From the sequence record OR757436.1: DNA of 64,000 bases; one strand, 5' to 3'. The DNA comes from Escherichia phage vB-EcoP-XT73. Below, in pieces: positions 11,301 through 19,389 of the stretch (position 1 is its first letter; each line of letters opens with the position of its first letter). The notes beneath the pieces are model-generated. The model saw only the letters and a program-made list of their open reading frames with translations, ran no database searches and was not told the DNA's origin. Position numbers and translations under genes: made by a program.

Positions 11301-12756
11301 CTTTCTTCATCTCTGGAGAAACATTATCAGCCATCTTCTGTAGTTCAGCAGCTTTCTCTACAAAGTTATTAAAGTCTTCACCATCACGAGCTTTGAATCG
11401 ATTTGCTTCATTGTAGAAAGTCTTGTAAGCATCAATGAAATCACGGTCAGCTTGTGTACGGTTCTTAATGTCAATCGGACTACCAGTAAAATCACCAGAA
11501 GCTCGGAGAGAAACTAACTCACGATCAAGATTATCCAGAACATCTGTAAGAGCTTTAGTGTTATCCTTTGTGTAATCAGCCATTGCATCTTTCATAGCAA
11601 CAGCTTGCTTCTGGTTGTGCTCGTTATCAGCGAATGCTTTACCACGAACTTTAGAAGGAGAAGCCAAAGGATTGAGGCCAGGAATGTTAGAATGTTCTTT
11701 CTGAACAGAAGCAGCTTTCTCGGCACGAGCTTGGTCTGTATTAAGGATGCGCTGAGCAGCAGGAGAGTCTACAGCAACAGCATCTGTGATACGGAATCCG
11801 TTCTCATCCAGAAGGTTAAGGGCAGAAGCGGCGTTAGCAGTTTCAGCTTTAGAGTATGCTTCTTTCAGCTCATCAATGTTCTTAGCACTACGAATTAATT
11901 CATCATCAGCAGCAATGTCAGTCTTTGCATACTCTGGAGTATTCTTAAAGACAGCAGAATCTGGACGACTAATCAAACCATGGACACCACCAACTGCACC
12001 ACCGAATGCAGCACCCATAGCGCCTTCTTCAATAGCACCTTCTAAGACATTAGAAAAGGTTGTGTCATCACCATGTTTGTTCTGAGCTTCAGCAGCACCT
12101 ACAAGAGCACCACCTTTAGCACCAGCCACTGCGTTACTAGCAACGTTCTGACCAATACGACCAAGTGTAGACTCAGCTGTACCAACAGCACCCGGAAGGA
12201 TTCTCTGAGCTGCATAGTTAGCACCACCAACTAGAGCGGCATCCAGAACAGACTTATCTTCTCCCTCTTCAGGAGTTTGGTCTGCATATGCACGACCTGT
12301 CTCACGACCTGCAATGATAGCAGCGGCAGCTAATGGGTTAGCAACAGTCAAACCAATATCACCAACAACGCCAGCATATTGCCCAGCAGTTTTACCAATC
12401 CCATCCTCAATCTTATCCATACGATCTTTCAGAAGGTTCTGAGAGTTCTCTTGGATACGCTTACCATAACTAGTTTGTGCTCCAGCTAGATTCTCACCAA
12501 TCTCAACTAAACCACCAATACCTTTAGCAGCACTAGCTGCAATGTTTGCACCACCAGATTGAAGAGCATTTGACACACCTTGAGCAAACTCACCTATAGC
12601 ACCACGTTCTTCTTGTTGTGGTTGTGCTACTGGTTGTTCCTCAGGAATAGAGCCACCTGCTGCCTTATATTGTTCTCTCATTTGAGCTTGACGCTCCGGA
12701 GAGGCATTCAGATACGCAGGAGCTTTGGAAGCTTCTTCCCACGGTTTAATGTTAGC
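8338..12756 (-). CDS. large virion protein (tape-measure-like or internal/ejection protein), 1472 aa
   Basis: AAGGAG then ATG at 12756 (MANIKPWEE); Gly/Ala-rich hydrophobic N-terminal segments then long charged helical regions. Confidence 0.55.
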   Translation of the reverse strand, partial: ANIKPWEEASKAPAYLNASPERQAQMREQYKAAGGSIPEEQPVAQPQQEERGAIGEFAQGVSNALQSGGANIAASAAKGIGGLVEIGENLAGAQTSYGKRIQENSQNLLKDRMDKIEDGIGKTAGQYAGVVGDIGLTVANPLAAAAIIAGRETGRAYADQTPEEGEDKSVLDAALVGGANYAAQRILPGAVGTAESTLGRIGQNVASNAVAGAKGGALVGAAEAQNKHGDDTTFSNVLEGAIEEGAMGAAFGGAVGGVHGLISRPDSAVFKNTPEYAKTDIAADDELIRSAKNIDELKEAYSKAETANAASALNLLDENGFRITDAVAVDSPAAQRILNTDQARAEKAASVQKEHSNIPGLNPLASPSKVRGKAFADNEHNQKQAVAMKDAMADYTKDNTKALTDVLDNLDRELVSLRASGDFTGSPIDIKNRTQADRDFIDAYKTFYNEANRFKARDGEDFNNFVEKAAELQKMADNVSPEMKKAIGGLKKLKGMPEGFNPIQDAYTLNNTAKFMSNQDRGWTSLTDDGFREASSPSLVMNTLGAAKYALNRFSSQRARSQRVKQQESNSEAIRSLARGDLEVARAKSTADEARAKMEEEPVVGDIKFKTQNDVETEPVREPSSSTVTEENLSSSAPQETPLTARDLVAQRRAIRQAEQRRAEEEAAQAQEAPVEQAPQAEPLPARNPLEERRAMEQQRAQEEAAQAPEPTVEEPTVKAEPLPARAPKAPKEAVQDVKPASGVERLAAMSSAARQATKDRAERFARSLYSKAAKAKATAENFLAYKGDPKELMRRIRQEDNAINTERHEEMARNQLSSQQGIATAKNNTVRTNFAEWVKERGLPEDIATKALRAEEKGLGGNVTNLDSLKRRAERLYQKQREDEFDRLYQQALEENKAFDKKDAPKLVDQKKELQSEIDTLIDSEPLRPAQKDAMRKLMNDYVDGKFKSSEKAGREEALEVGQMKDVWDGFINTYNREVNAFNKANKNSQYEAAAKHLQAREERLATLKNKAQARSDAKAAVENERKTLEAIAAQKSEIEKMMEGLPKPVREAQESRTLKQLAAHHDKNSPVPPEKFRSYIERIHNAESDYLDRQRRLTDAEEDARQAKWNKMYEQAEEMNRKFDVDKRVKRSEELKAAQERENDLMAVQRQRDDIHRRLVRTMEDKGISREDAEAFAGSYMDNRYALLEKPMTPTEHQNARSRIEADVEKFAKKYESMTPIEKEIVKVTGDTEGKIDNLDSDTRKAIEEAQKVDSDIKKLQEEEMEMEKIRSALPDDEKSQANSDILESIKQQEEVFADKVEKAFLSGKSLDELASVAEVLDRVHGADKAGNNRRFVRALQTAAENKKKYGDNPVAWFSADDYSAIAKLGASSAGGNKSRALEKIFGSTAEQAKSKLLGRDDVAKMRRVIEENPDVKIPSYKTTNRTEYLQFLEKFNDEGKPKIKRGSLSEKLERSKRQSRLRVRVRPKE

Positions 12757-12826
12757 CATAACGTCTCCTTTTATAAATAAAAATGTCCTACCCCCTATAT
12801 ACATTATAGAAGGCAGGACTTAGGTC

Positions 12827-14482
12827 TTATTGAGCGAACCAGCTGGTGTCTTCAACAGCTGATAAAGCACCGTTTAGTTTAGGATTGGTTGCTGCACCAC
12901 CAACTGCCTCTTCTGCCTGTTCAGAGAAAACACCGAGTGGGTCATAGAAACCACCAGAAGGAATTGCACGGTTAACCAATGCAGTAGCCCTCTTCTTATC
13001 CATACCTGAACCAATGTACGCTTCGATAGTAGCTCTCTTAGCATCAGCAACACCTTTCATTGCAGATGTATGACCAACATTAGCCTGCTTACGGGCATAA
13101 GAAAGAGCAGAGTCAGTAGGACGCCATCCTGACTTAAGAGCAAACTTGTTGCCAACACGAATGAAGATTGATGGGTCTTCTGCGAAGTGTCCCAAGTCTT
13201 CTTCGGTAAGGGAACGAGTAGCACCGATTTCAGCCCTTGCGGAGTTCATGATAGCCTGCATGTAAGCAGAACGAGCTGTCTGGTAGTCTTTATCTTTAAC
13301 TGCTTTGTCAGCCAAATCCAAGTCTTTGTTGGACTGGTTAAACAGACCACCTTTCTCTGCCCACTGCTTAGCAACTGTACCTTCAGCTGTGTTCTGAGCA
13401 AGACGAACTTCTTTCGGGTTAAAGTTAAAACTCTGAGCAACTTGTTCAGCACGTTCAGCCTTAACTTTATCACGATAACCAATCAACTCTTTCTGACGTT
13501 CAAAGTTCATGTCAGTTCTCTTTTCAGCAGCACGACGAGTTTCCTCAGCACGTTCACGCATAGACTGCTCTTGAATCTGTTGACGTCTATCCCATTCAGC
13601 ATTCTGACGTTCTTCACGAGCAGCATACAGAGCTTCCTGTTGAAGAGGGTCTTTAGCTTTCATCTTCAGAAGAGAAGGATCACCCTGAGCTATAGCAGCT
13701 GCAATTGAGTCTTGAGAGAAACCTTGTTCAATCAGAGCATCACGGTTAGCTTCCAGTTGCTTTTTAGTCTCATCTTGATTAGCCATCCCCTGACCAATCT
13801 GGAATGCTTCGATAGGAGATTTACCTGACATGATAGAAAGACCTACACCCATTAAACCTGTATAGAAACTAGAGTTCTGATAGAAAGGTTCTTTCTGTAA
13901 CTTCTTCCAAGCTTCTGAAGGATCTTTAGCTTTTGCAACTTGCAAGATATCATTGTTAACACGCTCTTGATCTTTAGTACGAGTAGCAGCAGCCATTCCG
14001 TCACCGGTGTCTTGTCCTTGAGCAAGAGTATTAACAACACCTTGTGCTTGTTCAACCTGAGAAGGAGTAAACTCCATAGGACCAGTTTCTAGTGGCTTGG
14101 CAGGAGGTGTCACCGGAAGAGGGTCACTAGGCATAAGTCCAGCATCCTGCAAACCTTGATCAGTAGATAAATTAGGATTAGCTGCTACAGGGGCTGGTGC
14201 TCCAATGTCAATACCCTGAAGACTTGTTGGGGTTCCTTGATTCTGTTGTTCCATAAGACGTTGCTGGAATCCCGGATTCACCATAGCATTCTGATCTTCT
14301 TCTGCCTGAGAGACAAGACCTGCGAGAGATGAAGGTACAGCAGGACGCTGGTACATAGAAACATCCGCTGTCTGAGTAGGTCTAGCCATATAAGGAGAGG
14401 CCGAAGCCGCTCCCGGATTAACACCATAGAAAGTATTTCTCGGGTCACGACTTCTGACCTGAGCGTAAGTTGTCTGTTGCAT
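12827..14482 (-). CDS. virion structural protein (unknown function)
   Basis: Strong RBS; Pro/Gln-rich N-terminus, charged helical centre. Confidence 0.5.
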   Translation of the reverse strand: MQQTTYAQVRSRDPRNTFYGVNPGAASASPYMARPTQTADVSMYQRPAVPSSLAGLVSQAEEDQNAMVNPGFQQRLMEQQNQGTPTSLQGIDIGAPAPVAANPNLSTDQGLQDAGLMPSDPLPVTPPAKPLETGPMEFTPSQVEQAQGVVNTLAQGQDTGDGMAAATRTKDQERVNNDILQVAKAKDPSEAWKKLQKEPFYQNSSFYTGLMGVGLSIMSGKSPIEAFQIGQGMANQDETKKQLEANRDALIEQGFSQDSIAAAIAQGDPSLLKMKAKDPLQQEALYAAREERQNAEWDRRQQIQEQSMRERAEETRRAAEKRTDMNFERQKELIGYRDKVKAERAEQVAQSFNFNPKEVRLAQNTAEGTVAKQWAEKGGLFNQSNKDLDLADKAVKDKDYQTARSAYMQAIMNSARAEIGATRSLTEEDLGHFAEDPSIFIRVGNKFALKSGWRPTDSALSYARKQANVGHTSAMKGVADAKRATIEAYIGSGMDKKRATALVNRAIPSGGFYDPLGVFSEQAEEAVGGAATNPKLNGALSAVEDTSWFAQ

Positions 14483-14495
14483 ATTTATCTCCTAA

Positions 14496-15464
14496 TTAAG
14501 AACTAGCCATCCCGCCAATCACCCCTCCAGCCAAGGCACCCCAAGGACCAAAAGAAGAGCCAGCTGCTGCACCACTCATAGCTCCACCAAGGAAACCACC
14601 TTTGCCACCAGATGTTTTAGTAGTTGTAGTTTGTCCGAGAGCACCGTTAAGTACACCTGCTGCACCTAGTTGGTTGTTAATGTCCTGCCATCCCCAGTTA
14701 GCTGCGTTCTGAGCATTCTGGTAGGCATTATCATATTCATTCTGTTGTTGCTGTTGTTGCTGCAACCCTGCATTCCATTGATTCATCATTTGCTGTTGAG
14801 ACAAATTAGCACCTTGCTGGCCTAAGTTAGAAAGATTAGAACCGATAGTAGAAAGACCTGAGAGAGCAGCTGCCTGATTCTGCCTATTACCAGAGAGGAT
14901 GCTTTCAGCTTGACTAATAGCTGAGTTATAGGCGCTATTGGTAATATCTGTTGCTTGTCCTTGCATCTGATTCAGAGCATCGCCTTGAGCGAAAGATTTA
15001 GCCATACGAGCACCTGAACCCTGCTGACCAGCATACTGTTGAGCTAACTGAGGCAAAGCATTACGTGCTAGGTTCTGTTGAACTTGTTCGTTATTAGCTG
15101 TAATAGCTGCTTGCACAGCATCGTCATCATACAATTGACCAGCAAGAGCACCAATCTGTTCTCCAGTAACCCCACCTTGTCCAGAAAGGCTCTGGTAGCC
15201 TTTATAGGCATTATCTAGATAACCCAACCCTTGGCCTGCTGCATCCATGTATTGTTGTGAGAGAGTCCCTAGAGCACCAGATTGTGCCAAGTTGTTAAGA
15301 GCTTCTGTCTGGTTGTTATTAAACCCTACATTGTCACGATAAACATAATCCCCTGAACTAGTATTACCAATCTGCTGGTTAAGCTGGTCAATATACTGTT
15401 GAATGTATTCAGGGCGAATCATTTGAGAAGTAGTCTTACTACCCCCGCCTCCGAAAAGTCCCAT
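14496..15464 (-). CDS. Q/N/G-rich low-complexity virion protein
   Basis: Strong RBS; extreme Gln/Asn/Gly/Ala bias with a poly-Q tract. Confidence 0.5.
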   Translation of the reverse strand: MGLFGGGGSKTTSQMIRPEYIQQYIDQLNQQIGNTSSGDYVYRDNVGFNNNQTEALNNLAQSGALGTLSQQYMDAAGQGLGYLDNAYKGYQSLSGQGGVTGEQIGALAGQLYDDDAVQAAITANNEQVQQNLARNALPQLAQQYAGQQGSGARMAKSFAQGDALNQMQGQATDITNSAYNSAISQAESILSGNRQNQAAALSGLSTIGSNLSNLGQQGANLSQQQMMNQWNAGLQQQQQQQNEYDNAYQNAQNAANWGWQDINNQLGAAGVLNGALGQTTTTKTSGGKGGFLGGAMSGAAAGSSFGPWGALAGGVIGGMASS

Positions 15465-15476
15465 ATTAAATCTCCT

Positions 15477-16523
15477 TTAGTTTGCTCCGAATGCCCCTAA
15501 GACCCCACCTAAGATATTATTACCCGTTGTGGATAACCAGTTAGACTGACCTTTCTGTTGAGAAAGATTAGAACCTCCAATCATAGGACCAGCCATTCCA
15601 GATTGCCCACCTGAGTTGTTATAGGAACTCCAAGCATTCTGAGTCTGTTGGTTAGGAGAGAAAACTCCCATACGACCTGCAATACCCAAACCAGTGATAC
15701 CAGCACCTAGGAGCTGTTGTCCAGTATTAATCCCCGGAGCAGCATTCTTAATCGTGTATCCAGCCATAGGACTTACACTATTTAGTACATTAAGCTGATT
15801 GTTAAGCTGATTCCATCCATACTGCTGAGAGCCGATAGCATTCTGCCAATTAATATCAGCCTGAGCTTGGGCTTGTTGCTGTTGCAGATTGCCAGCCATG
15901 AGTTGATTCTGAATGGCCTGTTGAGTTGCCTGAACACCTTGAGCACCTAGGTTGAGGTTCTGTCCAGCTAGACCGGATTGAGCACCAAGTAACCCTCTCT
16001 GGAAGTTCTGGTCTTGTTGCAAAGCACTTACACCCATATTCTTGCCACTGATAGTACGAGACAGGTTTGTATTAGCACCATTCAAAGCAGCCCCTTGAGC
16101 CGCAGCCCTACGGAGAGAACCAGAATCAGAGCCAAGAGAGACATTAGAAGCTGCTTTGCTAGTAGCTTGTGCAAGAGCTGAGTTGTTTAGTCCTTTACTA
16201 AAGTTATTAACACCCTCAGCCGTAACTCCACCACCATTGACAATATTCTGATACTGTTGAGCAAGAGAGTTGAGTTGGTCCAAACCTTGCTGTGTACGAG
16301 GTGTGTACATATCAGCTAATTGCTTTTGAGTTGTAGAAGCTGCTAAGTTATTCAGAGCACCTTGTTGGTTGCCATTAAACCCAGCCAGCTGTTGGGAAAT
16401 AAATCCCTGATCGTTGTTCTGCATATTCTGAGCATTAGCAACAATCTGCTTCAGCAGGGCATCAACCTGAGAGGAAGGAGCCACTGTGGTTTTGCTAGAA
16501 GCTGATTTTCCAAATAAAGACAT
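15477..16523 (-). CDS. Q/N/G-rich low-complexity virion protein (paralog-like)
   Basis: Strong RBS; same composition as its neighbour. Confidence 0.5.
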   Translation of the reverse strand: MSLFGKSASSKTTVAPSSQVDALLKQIVANAQNMQNNDQGFISQQLAGFNGNQQGALNNLAASTTQKQLADMYTPRTQQGLDQLNSLAQQYQNIVNGGGVTAEGVNNFSKGLNNSALAQATSKAASNVSLGSDSGSLRRAAAQGAALNGANTNLSRTISGKNMGVSALQQDQNFQRGLLGAQSGLAGQNLNLGAQGVQATQQAIQNQLMAGNLQQQQAQAQADINWQNAIGSQQYGWNQLNNQLNVLNSVSPMAGYTIKNAAPGINTGQQLLGAGITGLGIAGRMGVFSPNQQTQNAWSSYNNSGGQSGMAGPMIGGSNLSQQKGQSNWLSTTGNNILGGVLGAFGAN

Positions 16524-16542
16524 AAGTCCTCCTTAATGACTA

Positions 16543-17325
16543 TTACTTAACACCAATGCTAGCCAAACGTCTAAGCACTGCTTGTGTTTGTGGACTGTAC
16601 TGAGAACCTGCTGCATGAGGTGTACTCACTCTCTGAACTGTTTGAGAAGTAGGAGGTTTACCAGCAAGCATAGCAGCTACTCCTAATACTGCATTACCAA
16701 AGTTCTGTTGAGGCTTCTGGTCTTCACCTTCCTGTACTTCATCAGAGTAAAACTCTACCGGATTACCACCTAAAGCACCTGTCTTAGAAGCAGAAATCTC
16801 TGCCTGAGTTGGAGCTTGTGCAGCCTTCTCTCTATTTAGATTTTCTGGATTAAACTGGTTGACCGGTTGGACAGCTTGCAAAGCTCCAATAGGGTTAGCA
16901 ATCTGAGAAGCTGCATCACCATAGAAAGGGAGAAAATGTTTGTTGTTCATTGAATCAAGAGCCTGAGGGGTAAACCCTCTTTTACCAGCGAACATCTGCT
17001 TAGCACCACCTATACCTTCTGAATAACCAACCATTGCTTTCTTAACATCACCATTAAAAGCCTTTAAGTTATCTCTAATATAACGAGCACCCATGTCAAT
17101 ATTTTTTGCTGGGTCCAGTCTATCTTCCAGCTTATATCCATAGTCTTTAGCCAACCCTTTACTGATCTGCATTAAACCTACAGGACCAGTTCCAGAGGCC
17201 ACTTTAGGACGTCCACTAGACTCTCTTTGGATTACAGCATGAATCAAAGCAGCTGGTATTCCATACTTCTTTGAAGCCTGTTGAACCATTGGGTCTAGTT
17301 CTTCAATACCCATTTTAATTGCCAT
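16543..17325 (-). CDS. lytic transglycosylase (SLT domain), probably virion-associated
   Basis: IQRESSGRP...GLMQIS motif pair including the catalytic Glu. Confidence 0.7.
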   Translation of the reverse strand: MAIKMGIEELDPMVQQASKKYGIPAALIHAVIQRESSGRPKVASGTGPVGLMQISKGLAKDYGYKLEDRLDPAKNIDMGARYIRDNLKAFNGDVKKAMVGYSEGIGGAKQMFAGKRGFTPQALDSMNNKHFLPFYGDAASQIANPIGALQAVQPVNQFNPENLNREKAAQAPTQAEISASKTGALGGNPVEFYSDEVQEGEDQKPQQNFGNAVLGVAAMLAGKPPTSQTVQRVSTPHAAGSQYSPQTQAVLRRLASIGVK

Positions 17326-17337
17326 AATATCTCCTTG

Positions 17338-18369
17338 TTATAGTCCAGCAAAAACCTTAGCTGCATTCATTACAGGAACTGATAGATTAACTACAGTGTC
17401 AGCTCCTAGGTCGTAATTTTGATCCCACTGAAATAGGTATCTTCCATAGCCAGTTCCTATGCTAGAGCCGCTCATTGTGTGAGATCTCATTTGCTGATAT
17501 CTCCATCCACTACCTTGGCCTTTTATTGCACCTATTCCAGAAGTAAGAGGTATCATAGGATACGACATTCCAGTGTTACCACCACCTGAACCTATAAAAG
17601 TATCTACAGTGAAAGGTGTTCTGTTAGTAGAGAAGACGCACTGAGTGGTGCCCGGAGAGTAGATATTCAAACCCCCGTTATGCTCAGGAACGCCAGCTCC
17701 GTTGCAGAATACGGCAATCCTCACAAAGACGGACCCTCCTTCATTAGTGTTTCCGTTGACATAAGGCCTATTCTGATAGACTCGAACAATCCTGTCATCA
17801 GATGTGTAAGATAAACCAACCCCTCCATCAGACCAATTAGCAAATACAACAGCATTGGTCATATTGAACCCACCAATATTTGGTATCTGAAGGGAGTTGT
17901 TTATGGTCCCCTGCCAAGCCCAAATACATTGACCAACAACCCCACTATCCGATATTGAGAAGTAGTCTGCTGTATTGGAAAAGGTAATTCCATAATTCCT
18001 ATCCGCTCTAGGCCATATTTGGTATACGTTGAACCCACAGTCGAACAGAGGGTTACTACCTGGGTTCTGATTCAGAGTGACTCTAAAAGAGGAGTTGTTT
18101 TCTACGTAGATATCATTCACACAATAAACATCAGGAACTAGGTTAGGAGGGACTTCCCATTGCCAGCATAAAGAACCAGTAGGAACAATAACTATCTGAC
18201 CACTGCCATCCCACCCACTAATAGGGAAAGACCTCCCTGCCCCGTTAAAGTTAAAACTTCCTCTTATACTATTCTTGAACTGAGGGAAAGTACTTCCACT
18301 GTCTATGAAAAGAGGGGCTGGTGTAGCTGGTCCCGGCCCTACCGGTTGTGTCCAAATTCCATATGCCAT
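17338..18369 (-). CDS. structural protein (possible receptor-binding/tail protein)
   Basis: Strong RBS; Gly/Asn/Ser-rich, position within the tail block. Confidence 0.45.
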   Translation of the reverse strand: MAYGIWTQPVGPGPATPAPLFIDSGSTFPQFKNSIRGSFNFNGAGRSFPISGWDGSGQIVIVPTGSLCWQWEVPPNLVPDVYCVNDIYVENNSSFRVTLNQNPGSNPLFDCGFNVYQIWPRADRNYGITFSNTADYFSISDSGVVGQCIWAWQGTINNSLQIPNIGGFNMTNAVVFANWSDGGVGLSYTSDDRIVRVYQNRPYVNGNTNEGGSVFVRIAVFCNGAGVPEHNGGLNIYSPGTTQCVFSTNRTPFTVDTFIGSGGGNTGMSYPMIPLTSGIGAIKGQGSGWRYQQMRSHTMSGSSIGTGYGRYLFQWDQNYDLGADTVVNLSVPVMNAAKVFAGL

Positions 18370-18370
18370 A

Positions 18371-19339
18371 TCACCAACTCCCTATCCTAATTCTCAGAGC
18401 ACCACTTCCATCATAGAAGTCTATCCTGTTTCCATTCATCCATAATTGTGCCCCACCTGTGCCACCCATAACGAAATCACCTCCAACAGTAAACCTCCAG
18501 TTAGTACCTGACATTGTACCAGCAGTTATTTTATCAGCAGACAAACTTTGAATCTGAGCATTGGTGATTGATACGTTGGTAATCTGCCCCCACTCAATAG
18601 TAGCAGTTGCAATTTGAGCAGAGGTGATAACTACGTTAGTGATATCAGCAAACTCCATAACAGCTCTACCGTTCTCAACCCTGAATGGGGTACTTCCTGA
18701 CGTGCCATCAGATACCACAAACTTATCAGCTGTTACTTGGAACTGGCTTATAGTGCCATTGTTTGTTAGCTTTACCCCTGCTGTCTTGCCGTTTACTGTG
18801 GAATTAACACCCCAAGTAGCCTCATACTCGGTGAGCTTCATATATTGAGATGCACTTCCTGTGCCATTAGTGAGATCAGATTGAATAAGAGCTATCTCTT
18901 GTCCTTGGTCGTTAACAATCCCTTCGACAGTTTGGATAGATGCTGTATTTCCTTCTATAGACGTTTTGATACCGGACACAGTTGAATCCAGCTTGACAGG
19001 AGGACTAACAGAATTATCCCAAATGTCATCAGTGGATAGATTACCCATTTGTGTTATGATATCTGCAATGGCAGTCTCAATCTCTGTAGTAACACGGTTC
19101 TCTAGTTCATCGAATTGTAAATTCATAGCATGAAGAGCTTTAATACGAACATCAATCTCCTCATGGATTTCATCTATAGCTTGGAACATTTGATTAGTTG
19201 CAGTACTGATATTCTGGAGTTCATCATATATTGCAACGTTGTTAGTTTCTACACTCTCAGAGGTGTTTAGAAAACCCACACTATAAGGTTGTGTTGTGTT
19301 GTTTCTTCCGGTATTCTTACGAAAGCCACCAGCACCCAT
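18371..19339 (-). CDS. tail fiber-like protein
   Basis: C-terminal short repeats (ITNVVITSAQIATATIEWGQITNVSITNAQIQSL); N-terminal helical region. Confidence 0.5.
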   Translation of the reverse strand: MGAGGFRKNTGRNNTTQPYSVGFLNTSESVETNNVAIYDELQNISTATNQMFQAIDEIHEEIDVRIKALHAMNLQFDELENRVTTEIETAIADIITQMGNLSTDDIWDNSVSPPVKLDSTVSGIKTSIEGNTASIQTVEGIVNDQGQEIALIQSDLTNGTGSASQYMKLTEYEATWGVNSTVNGKTAGVKLTNNGTISQFQVTADKFVVSDGTSGSTPFRVENGRAVMEFADITNVVITSAQIATATIEWGQITNVSITNAQIQSLSADKITAGTMSGTNWRFTVGGDFVMGGTGGAQLWMNGNRIDFYDGSGALRIRIGSW

Positions 19340-19389
19340 ATAACCTCCTTCTTATAAACAAGAAAAGGGAGCACGAAGCTCCCTTAGTA

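Noticed and set aside
8847-13708. Multiple + and - strand ORFs (for example 10840..11343, 11605..12085, 13187..13708, 9160..9462) inside the large virion protein genes
   Set aside because: Embedded in or antisense to long ORFs with strong RBSs; low-complexity translations; no start signals.
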